DNA of 64,000 bases, taken from positions 27,229,596-27,293,595 of the forward strand of contig CM119266.1 in the NCBI GenBank assembly GCA_051294375.1, in the 5' to 3' direction. Origin of the DNA: Paraspadella gotoi. Lineage: Eukaryota; Animalia; Chaetognatha. Every line of letters begins with the position of its first letter. Positions within the stretch are counted from its first letter, which is position 1. Of the stretch, positions 23,560 to 34,990 are shown piece after piece. The translations under genes were made by a program, and so were the position numbers. The notes under the pieces were generated by a model, which was given only the letters and a program-made list of their open reading frames with translations, was not told where the DNA came from and searched no databases.

Positions 23560-24858
23560 GGTCGGGATCACTCAATTCAATTATAATTTAGGCTAAAACC
23601 AAGCATCGGATTTCGAAAGGAGAGCTCCCTGACGATTCCGAAAAATGTATTCACTTTACTATTTTTTTCAAAGCGTCATCGTTTTTTCGATTTTTTTTGT
23701 ACTATATAAAATAAAAAAACCTATTTGAAGAGTTTGCAGATCAAACGGTAAGGCGGTTTCTCATGAAATTTGGCATGAATTATCTTTAGTCACGGGACTC
23801 CAATTCTATGAAAGATCTTTCAAAATTTGCCTTCCTTCATATGAAAATTTATTATTTAGTCAATTTTTGGATTAATTCCTTGATATCTTTGAACGAAAAA
23901 AAGTTTTCCAAAAAAAGCGCTCATAGAATCTTCCCACCTTTCCTTTCTTGCCCAGATATTTTTTTTCTTCAAGAAGAGTCCCAGTTGAGCTGCAACTCTC
24001 TTCGTTTTTAACTTCTCTTCGTCAAGAAAGTTAAATTCTGTACTCATACTCTGCAAGATTCACCACAACATACACAAACAGGATGTGATGATGGGTTGTT
24101 CAACGCGATTCTTAAAAAAAAACGGCTTACGTTTTTAAATTCTTATCCAGTTTTTTGTGGACTAAACGCCACAACCGTTCTCAGCGCCATTGTGCTGGAG
24201 GCAAGTCATTCCTCAACCCAAATCGGTTCTAGCCCGGTGTGTACTGGCATTAGAGGACGGCGCTAACGCGCTGTAACATGGATGTTAAGCCTGATCTCGA
24301 AGTCAGGGACTGCTTACATTGAACGTTCTATCACTAACCATAAAATAATTACTGTCTTTCAGTTTGATTTTTTTTTTTCAGCAAGATTCCCTAGAAGAAA
24401 TAGGGCAACTATAAACATTTACATAAAGTAAAAAGTCAAATGAAATAAATTGGATAAGTTTTTAACCTCATTAAAACTCATAAAAGCATAAAAACCCGTC
24501 TGGAAAAATGTGTAGATAGTTATTTTAAGACTTATTAGTGATACAACTCCAAGTACGGTTACTTGCACAAAAGAAAATTGAAATATAAGAAGTAGAAATT
24601 GGAGCTTGCTGTAAAGAATCAGTTTTTAAGTTAAAAATTTGGTTGTAAAAATTTACCTTACATTTTAAAAAATATTTTTCTCTTGAAAATCTAGTTTTTG
24701 CCGAAGAAAAGAATTTGTTTAAATTTTTATGAACATTTTAGGTAGATTTTTAAAAGTTTTCAAAGATTTTTAATAGAAAACCTCTTATGGGACGCGAGAA
24801 ATGAATTAATATACATTAAATTGAGATTTCTACAATTTTAGGTTGAGTGATCCTGGCC
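23560..24858. mobile_element. 1.3-kb non-autonomous TTAA-targeting DNA transposon (Kolobok-like termini)
   Basis: TTAA|GGTCGGGATCACTCAA ... TTGAGTGATCCTGGCC|TTA. The empty site GATTTAAGGAA is visible in the other copy at ~18561. Termini are purine GG rather than the piggyBac CCC. Confidence 0.75.
24155..24340 (+). mobile_element. Degenerate family-B element nested in the TTAA transposon
   Basis: GTGGACTAAAC...AACCGTTCTCAGCGCCATTGTGCTGGAGGCAAGTCATT...GAGGACGGCGCTAACGCGCTGTAAC...GAAGTCAGGGACTGC...TTGAACGTT. Confidence 0.75.
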
Positions 24859-26640
24859 TTAGGAATTGAGAATTTTTTTTGTTCGTGACGGCTTTCATTT
24901 TAAATTTTCTGTGGCCGAGATCAGGAAAAGCGATTTGCCCCTGTCTTCGATTTTCACTAATCGGCATTAAACTGAAAGTCGCTCCTCGTTTGTCGTCTTT
25001 GGTCGTCTTCATCCTCATTCTCGTTAGTCCGTCGGTGTCAGATAATGGAGAGCGGCTGCGTCTTCGTAAACGTCGTCTTATCGTCGTCATCTATCGTCGT
25101 CGCTGACCTTTAAAAGAATATTTTATCATCACTCGGAAAGACGTTCCTGTCGTCGTTGTCGTTTGTCGCCGAAGTTGTACTTGTGGTTATCATTTTTAAT
25201 TATCTTCGTCGTCGTTGTCGTCATCGTCATCGTCCGCCGTAATTGCATACTGCATACGTGTGACCTTCCTTTGGAGGAGACTCGTTTACTTGGAATTGAT
25301 GGCTCCTTCTTTTGGGCTGTTTCTAAAGAAAAGAAAAGAAAAGAAAAGAAAAGAAAAAAGAAAGGAAAAGAAAAGAAAGAAAAGAAAGAAAAGAAAAGAA
25401 AGAAAGGAAGAGAAGAGCAGAGCAGAGCGGAAAGAGCTTTGACTTGAGTAGAAAAATTACAAAGTGCAGAGCCTTTAATATATTATTATTAATATAGAAA
25501 TTAAATAAGTTTCAACTATAACTACTACGGCATTGTATATAAGCAGAGGATCTGCAACGAAAACGTAAAAAGTTCGTCGAAAATTTTTCCACGCTCCTGA
25601 AAATCGGACAATTCTGAGTTCCTACTTTACGGCGACTCTCGGCTCCACGCCTACAAATGCTCGTCGTTTTCAGTTGTAAAAAGGATTTGATGACAATGGT
25701 CGATTCGTCTTTGTCGTTTTATTACCGTCACAAATGTCGTTTTCTCCTCAGCCTTGTCATTCTTTTTTCCTATATTGAGTCACCTAACTTATTTTCTCAT
25801 TAAACCATTAGAGAGGAATTAGTAGAATTAAAGTAATGTCTTAAAATTTAGTTAAACTAGTTATGAGTAATTTAAACTTTCGTACAAATGAATCTCCGAG
25901 AAAAGATTCATTATATTAAATATAAGATATAGTTGCTTTTGTTATTTTACTTAAATCTTTCTTCTTTTTTATTTCTTTTCCTTCTTTTCTTCCGCCATCT
26001 TTTTCTCTTGAAAAAAGGTTCTTTCGGTCGATGCACTGCGACGAATAAATGCATTCTTTGGATTATATTTATTTTTCTGTCTTGTATCAAATTTCTGAAT
26101 TCAGATAAAGGAGTCAATACTTAATACAAATGCTGTTTTAGTTTAATTTCATGAAAGGTACTATACAACTTTATTCAATGTCAGAGAAGTATTGATGAAG
26201 CTTGAAGAGGCCTTAACATAAACACAGGCCGTCTAAAGTCAAGTGGAAGCTAATAGCTAATTTATTGTATGAATAGATAAATTTTTTTTGGTACCACTTT
26301 CATATTCCACTTGGAGCAGCATCCAACTGGTCTTTTCCTTTTCCTCCTTCGCCTCCAATTCTGTTTTGCGCGGCAACCAACTGATGGCATCCGATTGATG
26401 GCACGTTTCCGCCACCAACTATTTCCCTTTGAATTAGAGACGAGGAACGGACAATAAAGATTCGGCCCCGCGGTCGGTTCGGAAGAAAAGGGGGGAGAGT
26501 TGGGGGAGGCGGAGGAGGGATAAGAGGGAAGGGGAAAGGAAATGGTTAGAGAGAAGACTAGAGTAGAGTAGAAAAGAAAGTCGAGAACCTTTTTAAAGGG
26601 ACCTAGGAAGTCGAGAGTCATTCCTAGAAATAGAATAGTA

Positions 26641-27246
26641 CTATCTAGGAAAAAAGTTAGAGACATTTTTTTTTAAAAGTTCATTTATTCAATAAAAAAT
26701 ATACAAAACATGGGTAAACATTCTCAATATTTGGTATGCCCTCCCTCGCCATCGACCACTGCCTGCATTCGTCTGGGCATGCTCTCGTAAAGCGAATTGA
26801 GGTACAAGGTGAAATGTTTTTCCACACTTTAGCGCAATTTCTTTTCAGCCCCGATGTTGATGTTCCAAGTCTATTGCTGATGAATGTGTGCGTCTTTCCT
26901 CTTTTCTCAGAGCTACAATTGCACCTTATGACCAAGAGAGGGGCTGTCTATTCGGCATAACCAAATTTAAAAAATGAAAAAATAATTAACTCAATTTGAA
27001 ATAAAACAAATACTCAATACCAGAATTGTGGAAAACTAAAAGGCGATTTTTTCCGCCATTTTTCACTTGAGGTACAATTCTTATTTTGCCTCTAATTCTA
27101 TAGTTGGTCTAACGAAAAAAATGGAAAGGGAGCAACTGAAATAAGAATATGTAGAAATCTGAAACATCCTGATTTTTTATAAAATCGAGCAAGTTTTCGA
27201 GTAGATATCCTCAATTAAAAATGTTTCTAACTTTTTTCCTAGATAG
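26641..27246 (-). mobile_element. Tc1/mariner deletion derivative (duplicate of 20389-21000)
   Basis: Same TIRs, TA flanks and transposase C-terminal remnant. Confidence 0.88.
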
Positions 27247-27920
27247 TAGAATAGCGAGAAATGCCGTTTTGCAAGGAGTCAGATTGCAGTTAAAGTTAAA
27301 AAATCAGAAGTCGTAAATTAATATGGATATCTAGCTTTTGAACCCCCGTCACTATCCTATGATATACATATCTATGATAAATATCTTTTGCTAAAAGTTT
27401 TGTTAGCCAAAAATATAAATCGTTTGCCCCGCACTGTATTCTTTTTTATAGGCGTAATCAGTAAATAAAGATTCGTCTGATCTTTTATTCATTAAACTGA
27501 AACCTCAAGACGCGCCTCCCACCGATTAATTTTTAACCCGACCCACACGTCCTTCCACACCATGCCCCCACACCCCCTCCACACCCCAACGTCATCGCCC
27601 ACGATTCCTCTTGTCCTCGCGAGATCAAAAGGTGAAATGGAGATAAATGAAATTTGGCTCAATCATTATCGGGATTTATTCTCTCGCCCACCTCTTCATC
27701 AAAAAAAAGAAAGAGAGGGAGAGAGAGGGAGAGAGAGAGAGAGAGAGGGAGAGGGGGTTAAGTCGAGTGTGGCATTTTTGATTTTTAAATATCATAGTTT
27801 TGTGATGAGGATTAAAATACTTTACCTATTTCATGTAAATAAATTAAAAAATTAAAGATATTAAATCATTGGAAAAAGTTTAAATTGTGATTCGGCAACG
27901 AATTTATTTAATAATAATAA

Positions 27921-27961
27921 ACGGACATGTTTCGGTTCGGTTTACGAACCTTCTTCAGCGC
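27921..27961 (-). ncRNA. Minimal type-I hammerhead ribozyme (Penelope pLTR type)
   Basis: Minus strand GCG-CTGAAGA-A-GGTTCG-TAAAC-CGAACC-GAAA-CATGTC^CGT has a full core, 6-bp stem II, palindromic ACATGT stem III and 3-bp stem I, then AATAAATTCGTTG. A garbled duplicate lies at ~21710-21795. Confidence 0.85.
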
Positions 27962-29290
27962 AGTTGTCCTTTTTATTTCTTTTTTTTTCTTTTTCTTTTT
28001 TGATTTCCGAATCATTTTCTCTTCTTTCCTTTTTTTTCCCTTTTTTTATTTTCAAAGTTAGTTTTAATTTTTTTTTCAGTACATGGACCCCATCATTTTT
28101 ATAAGGTTTTGAAAAAGGAAAGATTTTCTTAATTTTTACAAATGTATGAGTCTGTAAAACAAGAACAAGAAATTAAATTTTAAAAACAAAAATATATTTG
28201 GAATCAGCATGATGTCCGCTTTCAAACCCTTTATAGTTTTTAAATATTTTAATTAGTTTTAAGACTATAATATATTTTTATAATAATGAAAAAATATTTT
28301 TGGTATTTAAAATAATTTTTGTAAATTTTATTTGTTATTTATTAAAACTGCTCTTGTTTAATGTATCATTTTGTATAAAAAAGGAATCAATTACCTTGGA
28401 TATTTTCAGAATACTTGTAAATATTTTTGACTCAATTAATAATAAAAACAAAAAAAATTAAATTAATTCAAAAATGTTATTACATCATTATGTAGGTCTC
28501 GTTTCAGAGTATTTATGAGCAAAAAATGTTAGGGCGAGCTTCATTAATAACTGCGCTAGAGCAAATATTGTAAAAAAATTTTTAGGGTGCTGAGCGCAAT
28601 TTTTTTGAATTTTTAAAAATCCGTCAAAGCCAACCTTCCTGCATCCATTACTCATAGCTGAGCTGATTCCAACTCCTAGTTTGAGAGATATCCACGCCCT
28701 CCAGTTTATCGAGTAAAGATAAAAGGAGCTGTACCTTTTGTGTCTTTCTTTCTCATTCGTTCTGTTCTTTTCTCTTTTCTTTGTCCTCTCTTTGCTCACC
28801 TCTCTTTTTTTCTCTCGGACTCGGCGGATCGAATCGGAATTTCATGTCTTTTCGACACAAAAGATCGAAAAAATCTCCCCTTTGATGACGACCGATCGGA
28901 TGTATTTCGCAAATGGGCAATGAGTTATTTATAGAAAGACAGAGACTAAGACCAAGATATATATTACATAGTGGAGATCTCCATTACATAATTACAAAAT
29001 GAATCTCTTTTATTTTTATGTATTGATATCTATCTGTAAAGATTGGGTAAAAAAACTTAAATTGTAAGCTTAAGAATGTTTCAATTAAAAAAGATAAATT
29101 TAACTCCGTACAGTAAATAAATGTGACGTTGATAAAAAAATTTAAATATTTTTTTAATTACGTTTCCACTTTCCTAGTTTTCTGTTTTTCGCTCAATTGA
29201 AAAAAAATCTTTGCGGTGCCTTTTATTTTTATTCGATTTTCTAACTTCTAATTAATGCAAAAAACAGTCGAGATTAAGGGACTCTTTAAC

Positions 29291-29331
<41 letters not shown>

Positions 29332-29468
29332 AAGAGAAGAGAGAGAGAGAGAGGGAAGATCAATTCCTCCCGCTAACGTCTCGAGACAGAGTCTTTATGG
29401 CGACATGAAGGAGGAGTTGAAAGGATTAATAAATTGACTAAAGAATTAGAGAGGCTGGAGAGACAGAG

Positions 29469-29564
<96 letters not shown>

Positions 29565-29657
29565 CGCGCACCAGACTGAGAAAAAAAAAGGTTGACTGAT
29601 AATAAAACATAATATAAAGGAAAATACTGTTTGGGTCCCGTACTTACCCATACTTAC

Positions 29658-29752
29658 CTAGAATGCTCACCCGAAAGACTGCTCGTGCTCGGGGTCGCGA
29701 GATCGAAGCTTCGACGATGAAACATCGCGTCCTCACTGGTGAGATCACTCAA
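29658..29752 (-). other. Possible internal exon of an unknown gene
   Basis: Minus strand has a polypyrimidine tract + CAG, an open frame LSDLTSEDAMFHRRSFDLATPSTSSLSGEHS, and a strong AG|GTAAGT donor. No homology recognised. Confidence 0.25.
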
Positions 29753-29853
29753 CTGAACGAGGAAGAGGGAGAAAGTCTGGGACAGAGGAACGAGGTAAAA
29801 GATAGAGAAAGATAGAAAGACGACGGTATAGAAAGAGGAAAAGTTTGGAAGCC

Positions 29854-29897
<44 letters not shown>

Positions 29898-30305
29898 AGG
29901 GCGATGACAGATAGGGATAGCCAGGATTAAGGATTAGGTTAAAAATTTTGTAAAAGATTTTGAAAATGGTTAAAAAATAAGTACACTGTACTTATTAGAA
30001 ACAGAAATGGGGTGCGTTCGGAAAAATGTGGTGAAAGTTTGATGTCTCAGATAAACGCAATTGCCAAACGACTTGTTGGTATGGAGATAAAACTCAAGGC
30101 TACTACATTGAAGCCTTTTGCTATCCTTGCCTTCAACGCTGAAGCATATTATGCCGCTCAAGACGAGTGCCGCTGCCGCTGCCTCTGCTGCTTCCGCCGA
30201 CGCAGTTGCTCCGTCTCCTCCTCCGCCGACGCAGCATCACCATAAAACGTTTTTTCGGCCTAAAACAAAAGTCGATCGTGATGGGGGAGGTTATGTGAGG
30301 GAGAA

Positions 30306-30350
<45 letters not shown>

Positions 30351-30357
30351 GAGAGAG

Positions 30358-30410
<53 letters not shown>

Positions 30411-30494
30411 CCGGATAACGCGGAAAGGTCGAATGGAGGTCGAAGCGGAGGCGAGGTGAAGAGAAATGAAGCGAGTTGGGCAAGGTTAGGAAGG

Positions 30495-31560
30495 GAAATG
30501 AAATGAAATGAAATGAAATGAAATGAAATGAAATGAAAAGAAATGAAATGAAATGAAATGAAATGAATTGAAATGAAACGGAATGAAATGAAATTAAATG
30601 AAAAGAAAAGAGATTTGATGATATAGGATGAAATGAAATGAAATGAGATGAGATGAGATGAGATGAGATGAGATGAGATGAGATGAGATGAGATGAGATG
30701 AGATGAGATGAAATGAAATGAAACAAAATGAAATGAAATGAAATGGAATGAGATAGGGTGATATAAGTCGATGTAAGGTCAAGTGGGATGAAGTGAAGTG
30801 AGGTGAAGTGAGGTGAAATGAAATGAAATGAAATGAAATGAGATTTGATGAGATGAGATGAGATGAAGTGAAATGAAACGAAAAGAAACGAAATGAAATG
30901 AAATGAGATTGGGTGATATAAGTCGATGTAAGGTCAAATGGGATGATGTGAAGTAAGGTGAGGTGAAATAAAATGAAATGAAATGAAATGAAATGAAATG
31001 AAATAAAATGAGATTTGATGAGATGGGATGAGATGAGGTGAAATGAAACGAAATGAAACGAAATGAAATGAAATGAGATTAGGTGATATAAGTCGATGTA
31101 AGGTCAAGTGGGATGATGTGAAGTGAGGTGAAGTGAAACAATGAAAACAAAGGTGAACAAAATTGAAGATATGAAGATAGAAATGAATAGATGGAGATGA
31201 ACTATTTGAAGCGGATAGAGATGGAGATGAACTATTTGAAGCGGATAGAGATGGAGATGAACTATTTGAAGCGGATAGAGATGGAGATGAACTATTTGAA
31301 GCGGATAGAGATGGAGATGAACGGATAGAAAAGATATTGAAAAAGATGGTGAACTGATTTGATGGATCCCGAAAATCCGCCCTTCCGAGGATTAAACTTT
31401 AATCCTCGGGAGGGGGGATTTTTAATTAAAAGGGGATTAAACTTAAAGGGGATTAAAGGGGATTAAACTTAAAGGGGATTAAACTTAAATCCTCGGGATT
31501 AATCTTTAATCCTCGGGATTAAACTTTAATCCTCGGGAGGGGGGATTTTTAATTTAAAGG
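30495..31560. repeat. Compound satellite block: (GAAAT/GAGAT)n, a 30-bp tandem (31190-31320) and GGATTAAACTTTAATCC units (31388-31540)
   Basis: Direct inspection. The insert GTGATATAAGTCGATGTAAGGTCAA recurs three times, and GATGGAGATGAACTATTTGAAGCGGATAGA occurs about four times. Confidence 0.92.
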
Positions 31561-31806
31561 CGAATATTTTTTTATGAAGGTCGAGGGGTGTAGTTCAAAG
31601 CGTCGAAAGTCAAAACAGCGTACAGTTCAAAGCGTCTTATATTAATTTTTTTATGTGTATGATCAATAAGCACAATTACTTCGCATGGCTAATTATTTCT
31701 ATTAGACTTCCAAGTCATCTTTATCGTAATTCTGGTTGTTTTTTTTTTATTTTTTTTTATTTTTAATTTTTTCAAAACAATTTGTTTCGTTGAATTTTGG
31801 GCAAAA

Positions 31807-31899
31807 ATGAAGAAGTTTGTTTGTCTGTTGGCGATTGGGACGATCCTGTTGGCGGCGACGACGATGGCGTCGATGGACACGAACCTGAAGGCGTTGAAG
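31807..31899 (+). CDS. Exon 1 (signal peptide) of a secreted prepro-knottin/ICK peptide
   Basis: MKKFVCLLAIGTILLAATTMASMDTNLKALK has a basic N-terminus and hydrophobic core. It ends at a phase-0 donor AAG|GTGTGT. Confidence 0.8.
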
Positions 31900-31989
31900 G
31901 TGTGTTTGCCATTCTTCGGTTTCTGCGAATGCTCCAGTGCTGGGAGAGTTGTTAAGAGAGACAAAGTGAATTCCTGCCACAATTTTTAG

Positions 31990-32064
31990 ACGGAAAATGA
32001 CGCTGACGCGGCTCTGGGGAATATGCGACTCGCCGCTGTACGACGAAGGCACAATAATCGACGC
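31990..32064 (+). CDS. Exon 2 (propeptide with basic cleavage sites) of the ICK precursor
   Basis: TTTTTAG| acceptor; TENDADAALGNMRLAAVRRRHNNRR; |GTAAGC donor; phase 0 at both ends. Confidence 0.75.
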
Positions 32065-32323
32065 GTAAGCTTTACCTTTCATACAGCCAAATTATACAGT
32101 TATTAACGGGATACATGATAGTTGTTTTTTTTAATTGCAATAGCCTTTTTCGGTTCAATTGCCCCTTCTGGTCTCCTTAATTGCTCCACAATCATTTCTA
32201 TTGTCTTTGGCTTACTTTTATCATCGTCTTTAGAAATACGTATGTTTCACTTTCTTTTTAACTTTTTTGTCACAAATAATTTGTTCCCCCACCCTCTCCT
32301 TCTCCCGATTCATATTTTTTTAG

Positions 32324-32479
32324 CCCTGCTTAAAGTTTGAACAAGACTGCAGTCGACGTCCTCAAGGATGCTGCAGAAGCAAAAATAAGGTGCAGGATTT
32401 AACGTGCGGACTCTCGCGAGCGGAGTGGACCCGTGGCAAGCTTGCCTGGATGTGCTATCATGTTTTCCGGTGGGGATAA
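32324..32479 (+). CDS. Exon 3 (mature inhibitor-cystine-knot-like peptide)
   Basis: Pyrimidine tract + TTTTTAG|; PCLKFEQDCSRRPQGCCRSKNKVQDLTCGLSRAEWTRGKLAWMCYHVFRWG*. Cys spacing C-X6-C-X6-CC-X10-C-X15-C, with a terminal Gly. Confidence 0.8.
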   Translation, partial: PCLKFEQDCSRRPQGCCRSKNKVQDLTCGLSRAEWTRGKLAWMCYHVFRWG

Positions 32480-33689
32480 GGAATGGCAGAAAATGAGAAA
32501 TGTTGAGATGTTGAGATTCAAAGAAATCAAAGGAAAAATTCATTTGGTTCAAAATATATTTTTATTTCTCTTTAAACTTTAGTCAAACAATAGATCCGGG
32601 TCTATTTCCAACTCTTTATTTCTGGCCTCTTCGTTTTATTAATTAAATTTAATTAAATTTAAAATTACCTTTCGTCGTAAGTTTTCAAGAAATTTTTTTT
32701 CATTTAAAATCAAAATCTTTAGAGCATAGTTATTGTATGTTACTATGTACAATATTAAATCAATTTTTTTTAATAGGAAATAATAAAAGAATTAATTAAG
32801 GATTGAAATGAAGGATGAAAATGTCGAATGACAGGATGAAGATAATAATACATAAGAAGAGACTGAAGATGAACAAATCTGGTAAAGACAAACCTTGTCA
32901 ATCCTAAAATGAAACTGACGATATATAAATAAATATAAATATAAATAAAATTGACGATATATAAATACATAAGATTGTCGCGATTTTATGGAAATATGTA
33001 TTTTAAATTTCAAAAGTTGGTAAAACTAAATTTATTTTATAAAAGTTTTGTTTACTAGATTCCTCCATAAATTTTTAAATTTGTCAGAACGTTTTACTCT
33101 TTTTTTTCCCTATTTTTTTGTCACGCTAAACGTTTATCTGATTACGCAAAATATCATGTAAGAAATAAACAAGTTTGAGCAAACAATGTCGGATCTGCCC
33201 ACGATCATTATCGGTAATTAATTCATTAATAATTAAATAATTCAAGTTAATTTATTAATTAGGCAATTAATTAATTAATTTGATCCCAAATATTTGTTTT
33301 TAGGTCCTTTCGTCACTAACCACGATAAAAGCAATGACGACGAAGAGAATAATGTCGATAACAACTGACTTGATTAATTGACTGATTAATTAATTATTGA
33401 TTAATTAATTAACTAATTGATTAATTATTTTATTTATTAATACATCCTGCATTTACATTTAATATAAAAGGAAAAAGAAGCATAATAAATTAGTGAAACA
33501 GGTTTTTTGTTTTTTTCCATTTAAACTCATTTCCACTCAAACGATTCCATCGAAACTTGATTTCCAGTTTAATCACACACCTTTCTACCCAAATACAAAA
33601 TTTCAAGTCAATCGCCCCATCCACTCATAAGTAATTGGTGTTCAAATAGTGTAATATATTTTTTTTGTTTTTTCCATTTAAACCAATTT

Positions 33690-33985
33690 CCACTTGCACG
33701 ATTCCATCAAAACTTCATATCCATTTCAATCACACAGTTTCCTACCCACACACAAAATTTCATACCAATCCATCCATCCAATCACGAGTAATTGGTGTTT
33801 TTTGCTAATGTGGGACGGACGGATGGATGGACGGATGGACATCGCTTTTTTTTGCATAAATTATCATAATTCGATGTTCTGACATGATATAAATGAGTGC
33901 CCGACAATATTGAGGGGGCGGACTGATGGACCGACAAAGTGAATTATAGAGTCTGGATCTGCTGAAAGCAGATCCGACTAAAAAT
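33690..33985. mobile_element. Dispersed non-coding element with GGAC/GGAT microsatellite and terminal hairpin (Helitron/Helentron-like, tentative); second copy ~51620-52000
   Basis: Shared ATCACACA..TTCCTACCCAC..CAAAATTTCAT..CAATCCATCCATCCAATCACGAGTAATT...GGATCTGCTGAAAGCAGATCCGACTAAAA. Confidence 0.55.
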
Positions 33986-34952
33986 TAATAGAATCAATAG
34001 CTAGTGTTATGTCTCGAATAGATGGAAAAAAACCTCGTCTAAAAATTCGATCGGGAAGTGGGGTAACTAAGGCTTACCAATGGCATCCTCCACGGAATGC
34101 AGGTTGCCGAAAGGGTACAGATAATCTGGACATACTGACATGATAATCATGTGTAATTGTGAAATGGGGGCAGTAAAGAAATCTAAAAAATTCGATCATT
34201 AAGTCAGGCTCCACTCCCGCTTTGGGTATTTTAGACAATGATTTTGAAATTGGAATAATTGTCATTTATTTTCATCTCGCTGATAAAAATAGGACATTCT
34301 TCAGTTAAAAAAACGGTTGGCTATAGTTATCTTTTACTTGTAAGGTAGAGCACACTAGGTGAATTTCTATGCCTTCAAAATACGGTAAGACATGATTTCT
34401 TTTGCGACAAACAATCAAATCTCGTTATCTGCTTAATTTAAGAAAAAAGTACAGGCGATTTTTCATGGTAAGAGAAAAAGATGACACATAATCTTTTTGT
34501 TTCTTACACTCTCTTTTTCTTTTTTCTTCTTTCTTCCTTCTTTTCTGTCACTCTTTCTTTCCTTTAATCCTCCTCTCTTCCCTTTCCTCTCTCTTCCTTT
34601 TTTTTTGTCTCTTTTCCTTTACTATTTCTTTCTTTATCTCAGTTTTTCTTCTTTTTCTCCGATTTTGTCTCTCCTTTCCTACTATCTCTTCTTTTCTCTC
34701 CTTCTCTTGTTCTCAAACTCCTCTTACTCATTTTTTTATACTTTCCAATCCGCTCCCTCCCCCTCTATCAGCTTCCTTTTTTCACACACATTGTCTCTCT
34801 CTCCTCTTCTCTTTTTCTCCCGGTCACTTATTATATCTGCGTTTACATTATGTTAAATATATGAAAATGTTTAAAATGTAACGTAGTAAAAAAAATTTTG
34901 GGTAGCGCAAGATTTTATTCTAAGTTTGGTTGCCTAGCAGATTTAGTAAATC

Positions 34953-34990
34953 GACAGATTTTGCGGAAAATATTTTCCGCAAAATCTGTC
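34953..34990. repeat. Perfect 38-bp palindrome
   Basis: GACAGATTTTGCGGAAAATATTTTCCGCAAAATCTGTC. Confidence 0.95.

Larger units (their letters stand above)
16911..27990. repeat. ~5-kb tandem duplication across a gap (16911-21843 vs 21869-27990), probably an uncollapsed haplotype or overfilled gap
   Basis: Collinear near-identity with mostly 1-nt indels, and read quality decays next to the 25-N gap. The second copy has an extra 1.3-kb insertion. Confidence 0.85.
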
